From Streblomastix strix (taxonomy: Eukaryota): a stretch of DNA of 50,909 nt. Made by a program: the position numbers and the translations under genes. A model generated the notes under the pieces. It ran no database searches. It was not told where the DNA came from and saw only the letters and a list, made by a program, of their open reading frames with translations. The DNA is taken from assembly GCA_008636045.1 (NCBI GenBank), contig SNRW01000005.1, positions 1-50,909 of the forward strand, in the 5' to 3' direction. Position 1 is the stretch's first letter; the number at the start of each line of letters is the position of its first letter. Shown in pieces: positions 1 through 12,645 of this stretch.

Positions 1-3000
1 CAAATTGATTTGCAGTAAGAGTAGTGTCTTTCTACAAATCACTCCATTCCCAGGAAAATAAAGCTCCCTCTACTTGTGTTCGTGTTGCATGAATCACACT
101 CCACATGTCCCACAGAGCAGAAAATGTTGACATGATTCTTTCAGTTGTAGTAATCGTCTTTTCTCTTGCTTCTGTGCGAATAAATTCTCTTCTCAGCTAT
201 GTTATTTCATCAGAAGCTTAAACTATACTGTTGATATCCTAAGAGATTAATTTTAACATTTCAAGCGCTTATTCAGATGAAAAACTATTGTCCAGAGGTG
301 TTTATTCCTTATCATGTAATCTTTCTGTCATATCGGATACAGCTCTGTTATAGACACGCTCGCGTTCCAGAATTTCATACATAACTTCCCTTTCAAATAT
401 TTATATATGATCAAGATACGTCTTCATTTGCGCTCTTTTATATGTTCTCCACACTTATTCTGCTTCTGTTACTTTAGTTCTCAGTAGATGTGGAAAGTAA
501 GATGATGCACTCTGTTCGTGTTGAGCCATTCGAACGCGAAGTTTTAAGAAGAAAACATCCATTTTCTCAACATCTCTAAGTAAGTCTCTTCCCCAGTTCA
601 CAATCTTCACTTTTTATGCAGTTGTATAATGAAGAAATGTAGAATCAAATTGTCTCTTTATCTATGTTATAATATCAATACTTTTTGTCACAACTCTTTC
701 AATGCCTCCGATAAGGAATTGCGAAAATGGAAGACGCCATTTGGCTGAGAGAGAAAATAATTCTTATTTAAGAAGTGCTGTATCAACGCAAACCCAGCCA
801 AGAATGGCTCTTTAATCTAATCCAGATATTTCTTAATTAATTTAACTAATAGTTTCCATTTATCTCACCCATTCAATTAATGGCGGATTTGAATTTAATG
901 AAATTTGTTCTAATGTTTGATTTGCGTTTTTCTTTTGTAATTCTAAATCATTTTATAATTATTCTTTTATTTCTTTATTTTAAACATTGCTTCCAATTTC
1001 AGTCTATTATTTCTTTATATCAATCATACTAGCTTTTTATATTTAAACATTTGATCTTGTCTAATCAACTCCAATATTGTCATCATTTTTAATTCCAGAT
1101 TCTTGTTTAATATTTACCAAACTTTTTGAGACAAATCTTTTTGTATCTTTCTAAGCGTCACTTTGATTTTACTAAATATCTTTATTTTGCTTATTTTTAT
1201 CTAAATTTTTAATCATTTCACCATTAAAAATATTATGATCAATATTCCACTAATCTTTTGTAGATTGCAATTCATTGCATAAATTAGCGAATCTAACAAA
1301 TGTGTCTGGAAAAACAGGAATTGTCGGTTCTAACATCATTTCTTCTTCAGTCATTTCTGATCTTCCATCCCATGTTTCTCCTTCACCAACATTCTTCTAT
1401 TGTTTTATGTCAATATATTAATTTGTTATATTAACCAATCTATCCAATTTATTATGGCTATTATTGATCATTTCGATATTTTCATTCTTTTTCTCATATT
1501 TTTCTCCATGTTTAATCTGTAAAAATGCAGAAAATGCTTCGTCAGACTTTAGTGTCCATAGAGGAGTATATCTTCGACGAAATTAAAGTAATGATAATAT
1601 AAAATAATGATAATATAAAATAATGATAATATAAAATAATGATAATATAAAATAATGATAATATAAAATAATGATAATATAAAATAATGATAATATAAAA
1701 TAATAGTTTATTCATCTTATAATAATAAAAATTTCAACAAATTATACTTCATCAATCCTTCTCTAAAGTCCATGCATCTTTTTTCAGATTCAATTAATTC
1801 TTTTGATAGCTGAGATTTAAGTTATCCGATCTCTTCTTCTTCTTCCTCATCAACAACTGTTTTATGAACTAAAAATGGTGAGCTCGAATTTTTCCCAATT
1901 TTTCCTTCTTTTTATTATCCTCCAATCTTTTAATTTCCAACATCAGATTAAATACCCAATGATTTATGTTTCTCTATTCTCTCTTAGTGTGCAATTTTAT
2001 CTTTCTCAATTAAATCAGCCATCCAAATCATAATTCCATCAAATAAACCCATTAAATTAATGTTATCTTATTTGTTATCTGTTTCTTCCTTTAAACTTTT
2101 CTCTTTTTTATTGTATTTCTGAATTGATTTTGGAGAATTCATTATTAAACTTTGCTTTTCAAGATTATCATTTAATGAATTTACTCTACTTATAAATCCA
2201 CTTCTGTTTGATTTCTTATCATCATTTTCTTATTAAGATTATTCCATTCCATATCCACTTTATTCGTTAGATGCTTTAGAAGAACCAAGTCTATATACTA
2301 AATTCCCACTTTAAACAACAAGTGGTACTTCAATAATAGCAACATTCTGTTGAACTCTTTCAAGAATGTATCGCAGCGTTTCATTCACATAACTCCTTAC
2401 TGCTTCAGATTTTTCATCATCAAGTTATTCAAAGAACAAATCCAATGCCATTGTACTCTAACTTGTTTATACTGAACTCATTCCACTCATTCCATAATTA
2501 TATTGTCCACTTGTTAATCTCGCTTGTCCAGCATGTGCTCTTAGATTAGAATGCGCTGTGTGTTTAATTTGTCTTAAACGCTGTTCTAAATACTTCATTT
2601 CTTGAGCCTGCTTTGAAAAAGTGGTTTCAAAGAACTCACCTAAAGCTTCTTATTTCAATACTGTATTGGGAAATCTAAATACAAGCATTGTTTTGAGGCT
2701 TTCAATTTCATTTCTATATGAAGTAATATATGCGCCAAAACTCCTCAGTTCAAATTCAAGTTCCAGATAAGAAGTGATACAATTCTGAACAAATGTGGCT
2801 AATTCAGATTTATTCCACATCATTGAAGTCAATCCTTCTAAAACTTATCTTTCAACATTCCCAACATAAAATGAAAGGCAATTCTAATGTAACATTGGAA
2901 CAGTTCTATGGAATTCATGATAAAGATTGAGAAAGAAGCCAAGTCTCTATTTCGAATGAAGCAACTATCTCATTGAGTGAATATTTTGAATTGCATGAGT

Positions 3001-6000
3001 TGAAGGAGTTGCACCAAATCCTTTTGCAATGAAGAATTGTTGTATAATTGGAATGAAATCATCAAGTTGAATATAAATTGTCAGAGGATACCCAGGAACT
3101 TCTTGAGCGAGACAATGAACCTGGAATTAATCTTAATTATAGACTTCAAGTCTCGAGATCCAAACTTAAATGCGTTTTCTAAATGATTCATTTATAGCTG
3201 TTAATAATAATTTATTATTTTCTTTAAGTTATTTAATCTCTTCTGTCCAAGATTGTGATTGTTTTAATCCTTCTACATCATGAAGTGAAGATGAGGATGA
3301 AGCAACAGGAAGTTATAATTAAGAAGAAGACTAATCTTATTTATCATCAGCTTTGCCAGCTTAACTATCTCCTGCTCCATTTATCTGCTGTTTCAAAGCT
3401 GCGCTTGTACTTAAATATGACTAATCAATCACATTAAGAGCAATTATCATATCAGAGTTCTAATCAAGGATTGTTATAAGCTGTCTTAACATTAGTATCT
3501 ATGAGAATGGTGCTGTAACAAGTGGGAGATAAGGGATCTTCCTTAATATCTGTCCATATCGATCAGCAACTTCTTCTATTATCCGTCTAATAGGCTGGAA
3601 TATACGAGAGCGATTTTGTGGTGTGAGTAACGTTTCCATAACTTGGGGCTCTTTTACGACATTTGCCAGAATTGATAAGATTTCAACAGTCTCTTTTGCA
3701 TTCCCTCGTGTTCCATCAAGTGCAATTAATACTACATGAGCAATATTCTACGTTGTGTCTTACAATATCTTTTCAATTCGAGCTCTTCGCATTGGTCCAT
3801 AAAGTGTATGTGTGAAGAGCATACGTGGATGAGATAGAATTCCCCGTGCAAATGATTTGAACTCATAATGAATCTGACCAAACTTTTATTAAGCGAGTAA
3901 TCCATTTGTTCCAGTTATCTTGAATATTCCAAATGGTGAAACAAGTTTGCACATTTCCAACAGAGATGAAAGTACAACACATTATGCTGCTGCCTCATCA
4001 ATTTATGCAAAAAGTGTTAGAAAGTCTGGAAGTGTGACTTTTTCTTTAACTGGCACTCCTTGTGTATTAAATCTGATTTATTCTTAATTTTATAATCCTG
4101 TTTATGTTACTGTTTGAAGCGTGAGAAATGAAGTGGTATTACTTTAATTTGCCCAATTCTTTATCAAAGTTCTTGGATTCTTATTATGTATTTATGTACT
4201 AACCCTGCCTTTTCGTGTTGGCCAAACTGTATTTGTTCGCTGAAAACATCGAATTATGGCATCTTTCATTGCAATCAGAGCTTGTCTTGTATTATTCACC
4301 CTCTGTAGTGAACCATGTTCTTTAAGAAGTAACTCTTCATCAGAAAAATTCATTTTTTAATTTCCTATGTCCATAGATGGATATGCATATCCATATGAAT
4401 TCTGTGTGATAAATAAAGGTTAAAATTTTGTAGAAGATGAAGCAATTTCAGTTTTCTGTAATATATTCTATTTTGTGTCATTTGTTTCAACTTAAAATTT
4501 AATTGGAGAATGAGAATGTGGACTTCTCTTAATGTTTGGTCTATAATCATTGTTCTAGTTATCTTAATCAAAACTCGAGTTCAGATCTTGCGAATTCTAA
4601 TCAACAATCCTGTCATCTATATATGTACTTTATGCTCGTGAAACATCATCAGAATTTTCAAATTCATTTTCATAGTTCCAATCATCATCAATATCATCAA
4701 TATTTGGAGAAGATTGTATCTGATCTTTTACTTTCCTATCATTTTGGCTTCGATTTGAGATATGTCTTCTTCAATTGAAGTTATGAGTTCTATTTGATTG
4801 AGACCTGATTTATTGTTCTTTATTCTCAGCAAGCTTTTCTTCTTCTTTTTCTTTCATTATCTTAATTCGATTATTATCTTCTTCTGCAATGGCTTATACC
4901 AATGCTTATGTCTACAACGCTGGTCTTGGATCAGATTCTTCTTAGCAATACATGTGCCACATATAATCATTATAAGGATTGTCTGTTCCATAAAGAATAT
5001 GTTCACGAGCTTTTGTGACAAAATCACTGATGAACAAATCTAATAAAGGATAAAGACTGATTATTCCTTCTGTAAATTCGCATGCAGAAAATAATAGTCT
5101 CACAAATACATGTGCATTTCTCAGCTACTTTGAGAAGTCTTTTACAGCAGATTCTAGGAAGTTAACAAGAAATGGAATGATGGGCTACAAGCAAACAGAA
5201 TTGGTCTTTGATATCTCTCGAACTTCAATAAGCTCATCAAGTTATGTGTCAATAAGCTGCTACCTTTCGATGTTAAGTTTTTCTTTTGGGAAAACTTACA
5301 TATTATGAATAGTTTCATGTAATACATAGTCTCTTTCTCTCCAAAATTTAATCAATTCCAAAGAATTTCCAAGTTTCTTCAGATCATTTATTTCGGGAGT
5401 AGTTATCAATGCATCTAATTTATCAAATTATTCTTCCACTCTCTGCATCATATATTAACTATCAATAATTGTACTCTTGAATAGAGGAATCTTCTCTCCC
5501 TTTAAATAAAAGATTTTAAAGGCATTGCAATAATAAATAAAATTAATATAAGTAATATACACACCCTTGCAGAAGCAGCTTCATCTTCTATTTCAATAAT
5601 TAATTTCTTAGTTTCTTATATTATATTATTGTGATTTGACATGTATCTTTCTGCATTTTCTTAGATTACATTGCAACTCTCAGATGCAAAATATGCACTC
5701 TACAACTTACCAAATTCCTCCATTGCAGGGATTCCTACATATTTCAAGTAATACTAAATGAATGAAAGCGGATCTTCAGAGTGAAATGTGACTGTGATTT
5801 TCTTCATAAGGTCCTCTTCAATCTCTGAAAGAGGATCTTATTTCTAGAATATTATAATAGGAACCTTACGCTTTTGTGAAGTTAATTCAAGTGTTTCAAG
5901 ACGTAAAGGCTCATTAAAAGATATTACAGGGCGATCTTCTCCAGGTTGGATAAAGAATAATGTTGTGTATGATTCGGCATTAATAAAGCAATCTATAGGA

Positions 6001-6101
6001 TCTTTTCCTTTTATTTCTTGTGGAATCTATATTATAAAATCAGGAGGCAATTACAGCAATTTAGCCACAATTCCTCTTAATTATTCTCGTGTAGCAGTCA
6101 T
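1..6101 (-). CDS. Dynein heavy chain, N-terminal tail part (runs off the window at position 1)
   Basis: Table-6 translation from ATG at 6101 (MTATREQLRGIVAKLLQLPP...), with introns at 5564-5500 and 1747-1572. Motifs resembling DHC_N1/DHC_N2: LELIKFWRERDYVL, ELIEVREISKTNSVCLQPI, KYTPLWTLKSDEAFSAFL, ILGWVCVDTALLKQELFSLSAKW, ALWDMWSVI...FSWEWSDL. One in-frame TGA at 4773-4771. Confidence 0.8.
1589..1700. repeat. Tandem repeat, 7 x 16 bp (TAATGATAATATAAAA), inside dynein intron 2
   Basis: Seven identical units read directly, within the GT-AG intron 1747-1572 (- strand). Confidence 0.95.
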
Positions 6102-7193
6102 TCTATTATTAAAATAAGAAAAATATATTTAAACAAACATAGAAAGAAAAAGGAAAGGAAAAAGTATTATTCCTTTAAAAAATGAATAATATTAATGTTA
6201 TCCAAAGAGAAATATGGATATATATGAATAATTATATTGATTTAAACTAAATAATTTGTAGGTATGATGTTATTGTAAAGAAAAATGTGAATTATAAAAT
6301 AACATCATTTTAACTTTTGGCTAACAAAGGAAAGATTATCAAATAAAGTTAATAAAATTGCATTAATATATTATTTTAATTAATAATTACTTAAATCTAT
6401 TAATAGTTAAAAAGAATGGGCATGAAATTTTAATTTACAAAAAAAAAATTTACTTACTGTTTCCTGAGGCAAATGAAAATAAATATTGTGTATTGAAATA
6501 TTAATTATATTTATATCTATATGTAGATTATAATAAAATGATATGAACAATAATGTGTTACTGGCAACTTAGAAATCACATACACTTCTTAAATCGCCGA
6601 ACAACAAAATGGAAGGAAAATGCGCATTTTCTGCATATTATTCAAGTAGAATATATGTGTGCGTTGTCAGATATAGTAAGAATGAATAGAAAGAGTAGCC
6701 TGGTAACATACAGCGAACTTTTTCTAAAAAAAAATTTTTTTTTGCATCATAAAGATAATTAATATTAAAATTTCTATAAGTTAATAATTATTTATTTATT
6801 GATGATAAATATTATTATTAAAAGATTAAATCAAAATCTTTATCAACATTTCTTTATTTTGAATCATATTTATTATTTATTGTTACTTTAATTTATTTTG
6901 AACTATAATGTACCTAAATTAAATATTTCAAATTATTTTTATACCAACCCTCCAAATATTAATCGCGTTACAAAATTTTCATATAAAAACATTTACAGAA
7001 CTCGTATTAATTATTAATTTAACATGTTCCTAATCTATTCAAACATAAATTTTCCAATATAAAAATATAAATACACATATAAATTTTTGTTAACAAAAAA
7101 TTTATTTGAATTTTCAATTATATTTAAAGATTATTGATGGAATTTACTTATCCATAATACCTCTTTAATTTTCAATATTTCTTTCTTTTTAAG

Positions 7194-7375
7194 GGTGAAA
7201 CTGAATTAATTACACGTCCAAAATGCAAACGTCCTGGTTTTGCAAAGCAATTAATTCGTTCATCGGAATGTGCACTTGAAACACTTACAAATGAATAAAA
7301 AATGCAAATTTTTTTTTTTTTTCTATAATGTTGCATTTATTAAAATGGATTTCATAATATGTGGCAACGCGTAAT
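7194..7375 (+). pseudogene. Possible GNAT acetyltransferase remnant
   Basis: GETELITRPKCKRPGFAKQLIRSSE resembles GNAT motif A (p.yRr.G.ak.Li). No intact gene is recoverable around it. Confidence 0.3.
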
Positions 7376-7724
7376 TAATAAAGTAACTAATAATGTAATT
7401 AATTTATGATATATAGGTAAATATTTTTTTGATTAGTGACGATTGTTGTAAATTGTTATAAATGATTATCAACAATTTTGAATTTATTTTAATTTTCGCT
7501 TTTTTTTCCAATTCAATTTAAAAATTTGTTTTTTGTTAATATATTAAATATTAAAATAATTTATGAAAATTTCAAATCTAAACACAAGCGTACAAATTCT
7601 TCCTCAAGGAAATATTTAATTAAAAAATAAGTATTAATATTATTATTTGATGAGATATTTCTAATTTATTTAATTAACATTCCTATTTTTTATAGAATTT
7701 TTCAGCTTAATCGTCAAATAGATT

Positions 7725-8010
7725 TATAATAACATTTCCTCATGTACTCTGGTCTAATCGTACGATGATACTATTCTCCTTCTGAGAATTCTGGCTACCT
7801 AGAAATGTTCACACCAATTCTTTTATGGAAGGCATCTGAGTTTGACCCGAGCAATCTTCCATCACCACATTCTCCATCGATTCCAATTCGCTGAGCGTAT
7901 GCTTCGAGACTTTCTTATTCGTCAAAGAAAACCCAGTACTCATCTGACAGTTGTAGAACAATGCATGAAATTCCTTCTTCTTTCAACAAATCTAAAGTTG
8001 TATCGTCACT
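7725..8010 (-). pseudogene. OTU-like cysteine protease remnant, copy A
   Basis: FDEQESLEAYAQRIGIDGECGDGRLL...RTIRPEYMRKCYYKS; homologous to copy B; the His-box His appears replaced. Confidence 0.5.
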
Positions 8011-9584
8011 ACTGCTTTACTTCTACTCAGAAACAGAATAATTTTCTCTTGCAGTTTGAAACAACCTGCTATTTTTCATTTTCGAACCTATTTACAAAAC
8101 TATCGTACTCATCTTTGCTAGACATTTTGAGTTATAAATTCCGATGATAACTCGCCAATAATCACTAAGTCCCTTTGAAACTCATGTTATATGCTTAAAA
8201 GCACCTTTAATAAATTGCAATAGATGACAAAAGATGGATGTTTACAAACATCAAGAAAAATTTTGAATACTATAGAAAAATGTCTTGCAAATTTCTCTTT
8301 TGGGGCTCTTTCACCTCACTTTGAAATTATTTCTTTTGCTGTACAACATCTTATTTAAAAATTATGACTCGTCTCGTCCAAATTGAATACAGGTCTCTTC
8401 TTCTGTCTTAAACGATACGTACAGAGAATGAGATTCTATTTGTTCATATGAGATTTGTAACATACAAACGTGTTGAATTAGGAACTTCTCGTTCGAAATC
8501 TTCTGCAATCCTAGGAAAACTCAGCTACGTAGCCCTCGTGATAGCTATCAAACGTTCTTCATCGTGCTGTTATATATAATTTTTTAAAGAATATCTTTAA
8601 ATATAATTGGAATGCGATTTTAATCCATTCGTCTTAAGAATTTGATAAAGTTTATAGTCGTTCAGGAGTTTCGTACGAAGATATTCGCACATTTTTTATT
8701 GTTATAAGAAGTTTGTCTGCTATTAAATTTAACATTTATATATGTTTCTAAACTGAAATATTAAAATTACTGGAAGGGATTGTAATTTACTGAAGGAATA
8801 AAAGAAAAAAAGCAATAACAGTATCCGTAAAAGTAATAAAGTTCCTGATTTTTCATTGTACTAAACGAGCAAAATCTCAAATTGCCTTTTCTCATTTTAG
8901 AAAATGATTAAGTACAATAGTCTTGTTTTTATTCTTATTACAAAAAAAATACAAAAAACGTAAAATTATGGAAAAAAAAAGAAAAACTTTGCCTTTTTTA
9001 CTCGACTGTACATTTGATTCCATCGAAATTGAAACTCTTTTATTTGTTAGATCATTTTAAATCCTAAAATACCGGTTTGTATATTTATTTTTTTTTAATA
9101 TGAAATATTTCTTGTATAATATTTTGGAGAAATTTTTCCTAAAATCTATGTGAATTTTCTAGATAGTTGGAGTATTTTTTTCAGATCTCTCAATTTCATA
9201 TTTCTTGTCTACATAATCTGATTATGCAAAATCTTTTTATAAGAATATTAGACAATTAAAAATTAGTAATAAGAATCTATAAATGATGTTTATTCATTTC
9301 AAATTGAAATTTTTTTATCAAAATAATGATCTAACGATATAATTTGCAATAAGAAATTATATAATTTAATAAAAATATGCATAACTATGGTAAATTTTAT
9401 TATTACTATTTATATTTTTATTTTTATTAAATTTAGAGATTATATTTGAGACTTAAATCATACGAAAGAGGCAGACAAAGACAGAAATTCTGTATTTAGG
9501 ACAAAATAAAATTTTTTGAAAATTTTTAAAAATTATTAGATTATATTTTTTTAAAGCAACTAAATTAATACTCCTTTTTCATAT

Positions 9585-9870
9585 TCTTGTACTTATATAA
9601 TGGCTGAGTCCCACGTATCCTAATCGAATCGTACGAGGATGCAGATCATCTTCAGAAAATAGCAGTTGATTAGGCACGTAATTCTCAATCTTTGTATTAT
9701 TTAACTATGCAAATGAATGAAATAGTCGTCCTTCATCCAATTCTCCATCAACTTTCATACGCTCAACGTATGCTTCGAAACTTTCTTGTTCATCAAAAAC
9801 AGGATGAATTGTTCTGCATGCAGCAGAAGATGATTGATTATTTCCAATCTCAATGCGTAAACGTTGTAAT
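9585..9870 (-). pseudogene. OTU-like cysteine protease remnant, copy B
   Basis: FDEQESFEAYVERMKVDGELDEGRLFHSFAQLNNTKIENY...RTIRLGYVGLSHYIST matches the C-terminal half of OTU domains (Y..rM..dGeWG, I.LgY.g..HY.S). No Cys box found. Confidence 0.6.
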
Positions 9871-10026
9871 TGACTCTACAAAATTAGTCTATAATTAACA
9901 TATATGAATAAAATTTAAATAAATTTGTAAAATAATAAAATTATTACTTAAGATTTAAACTATATTTTCTTTCAAATTTTTGATCTTAATTTTAATGCAT
10001 AATATTCAAGCGCTTTCTGTGAAGTT

Positions 10027-10262
10027 AGAGATAATTAACAAACTTTTGGATACCAAGATTTTTTAGGAATAAATCATCTAAATTGTCCCAACCAAATGAC
10101 TATAAGCATCAACGCATATTGATATTTAATATTACTAATTGATACAAATATTGTGTAATATTATTTATCTGCTCAAACAAATTATTAATAACAGCAAATT
10201 GGAATGAATGATGTGTTGATTGATATTATTACTTATTTTTTCCATAAACTAATATAAACGCT
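10027..10262 (+). repeat. Left terminal inverted repeat
   Basis: AGAGATAATTAACAAACTTTTGGATACCAAGATTTTTTAGGAATAAATCATCTAAATTGTCC... is the approximate reverse complement of 30124-30360. Confidence 0.9.
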
Positions 10263-10578
10263 GAACTATGTGTTACAATAAAATAATATATTCATTCTCC
10301 ACACATTTTTTTCTAAAATTTACGATAATATTTATATATTATTTACGTAATTTGTTTTATTCATCACTTACTGTTTACATTTCGTTAATATAATTTTTCA
10401 GTTCTTCACCACAAATATCTTTAATTCTATCTTCATAATCAGCAAATTAGTATAACGTTAAAAGTTGTGCCTATTTTGATAACTATATTTTATGTAAATT
10501 ATCAGAAGAGATATTATTAATCATTTTTACTTTACCTCACTCATCTATAAGAACAATATTCCAACTCATAAGTTTCAT
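10250..10578 (-). pseudogene. Viral ORF of unknown function, running into the left TIR
   Basis: ATG at 10578 preceded by a T-tract; MKLMSWNIVLIDE*GKVKMINN...; contains an internal TGA. Confidence 0.35.
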
Positions 10579-10616
10579 TTTAAATGAAAATAAAAAATAA
10601 TATTACATAATAGTTC

Positions 10617-11800
10617 TCATTCAATTACATAATTATCTAAATCATTTTAGAAATCATATGGTAGTAATCTTGCATTTTCTAGTATATTCCCCTCATTAAA
10701 TTTATGATCTTTTCTTTCTCTTATTTTTGCCGTACTCTATTCATACTACTACTGTTCTTTAGCTCTTTCTCCTCTCTTCTCAATTTTGCCTCTTTAATAG
10801 CTTATTCAGTAGGAACACTAAATTTTGTTACACCTTCTTCATTTGTAACATCATGAATTTCGCCTAAATCACTGTTCCAAAATCCTACACAACCTACTTA
10901 TATTAATCTCATCATCAAATTATCTCTTTATTAACTTTAACCAGCTATGAAATATAGGTTGTATACTCATTTTATTGCTTTATTCAATTTATTATAAATC
11001 ACTAACGATGTCGCATCATCTTCATCAAATGATTATCCTTAATATGATTTATTATAATGTAACAATAACTATTGAACGATAACTCCTTTCCATATTCTTC
11101 CTCCAATAACTGAACACACTTAAGCAATTGTATAATCACGCTCTTTCAAGAATGAAGATAGATAATTTTTAATGAAAAGTCTATTGCCATCTGCTGGGTT
11201 TTCTTCTTCTTACAATTATTTATAATTTTTTTCTTAACGTTCTTCTTTTGTTCGATTTTCACTGAAATATTTAATTACTCTTTGACGTTTAATTGGAACT
11301 GTAATTCTAAGTCCATCAGCTGATTGAATAAATCCTCTATGATCACGAACAACATACTCTGGAAATTTATCACCATTAATGTCTTCACTAGATCCTACCC
11401 ATTTCATTTATCTAGTATTTGTTCTACTTTTCTTCTACTCTTCAAATGAAAGCTGATTTGTCCACATTTTCTTGAATTGAATGTTTTTATTCTTAACAAT
11501 CAAATCCATTAGAGGATCATATGATTATTACCTTGATTACGCTAAAAACTCATTTCTTTTTAGCTGATGATTACTCTCTAACTTTTTTTAATACTCTTAA
11601 TTAACTTTCATCCGTTAATTTAATGTTAGTTATGGTCCTATTATCTTTTCATACGTTTCATATCGTAGTACTATTCTTCTATTTTCATAGTAATCTACTT
11701 CTTAAACTCTCGGCTTAGTATGAGAAGTTTATCCTAATCTTTGAAGTATTGTTGGTGCTGAAGATGCAGATAATTGATTTTATTAAATTTGTTCAATCAT
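10617..11800 (-). pseudogene. Viral ORF of unknown function with a DxNGD-type motif
   Basis: ATG 11800, TGA 10617, frameshifted; contains WVGSSEDINGDKFPEYVVRDHRGFIQSADGLRI. Confidence 0.55.
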
Positions 11801-11860
11801 TCGGTTTAAGCAAAAAATTGAAGTCAACATATATCAGTCATTAGTTTCAACAGTAAATTA

Positions 11861-12645
11861 ATGTCAAACTATTCGTTGACTCAAAATGTAAACGAACTAT
11901 TTAAGATTTAAGTCACTAATAAACATGATGTTTAAAGAATAGTTCACAAAGAAATTAATTTTACATATAATTCTATTAACTTACTTATAGGCTACAGAGG
12001 AAATAGTAAATTACATAATATATTCAAAGAATTAATCAAATTGAGATAGGTTAAAAACTATTATACATTATTTATATTTGTTACTGATAACAATAATGAT
12101 TAAACATATAAGAAAATGAGCGCATTAATCATTATTCCAACAAAGATTGTCACTTATTGTGAAATTGATGGAGTACTTAATGACCTAATTGAGGTAAAAT
12201 CAGCGTATGATACAGTTGTTGAGATATTTCTAATAAATTTGCTTATATTAAATTCAAAATATAATATTCTTTCTGCTTTTGGCGCATAGATTTTTAAAAT
12301 GAAATATCCACTTACTATAGTTCTACTTGATGATTTGATGTCAGTATTCAAAAATAAACAATTACCTTAATTTGAAAAATTATTCAAGATCAAAGAGCCA
12401 AGAATCACTTATTTTCTATGTTATAAAATATAATTGGACTTGATATAAGTATAAAAGCTAATACGGATACAATATACCTTTTTGATAGATTCAACAGTTA
12501 GAAATTAATTTTATTTTATTATTATTATTCTATATTATTTGATAAAGATAATGAATAGAAATAAAATATAAAATTAACAAAGAGATAAGCTTTAATAGTA
12601 TAATAAAGTAATGATAGAACAAAACTAAAAATATTGGAGTCATGA
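11861..12645 (+). pseudogene. A32-like (FtsK-HerA superfamily) genome-packaging ATPase, degraded
   Basis: NSINLLIGYRGNSKL (decayed Walker A), LTIVLLDD (Walker B), then KLFKIKEPRITYFLC and, after a frameshift, IKANTDTIYLF (A32 family arrangement). The only + strand gene I found in the element. Confidence 0.8.

Noticed and set aside
1589..1700. Regular repeat as a possible CRISPR array
   Set aside because: Units are head-to-tail with no spacers and lie in a eukaryotic intron.
5844..5869. Possible 26-nt intron GTAAGG...TTCTAG in dynein exon 1
   Set aside because: The frame reads through it (KRKVPIIIFQKQDPL) and removing 26 nt would shift the frame.
7842..9898. The + strand track ORFs 7842-8147 and 9692-9898, which resemble each other
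   Set aside because: The similarity is better explained as the antisense shadow of the OTU-like remnants on the - strand.
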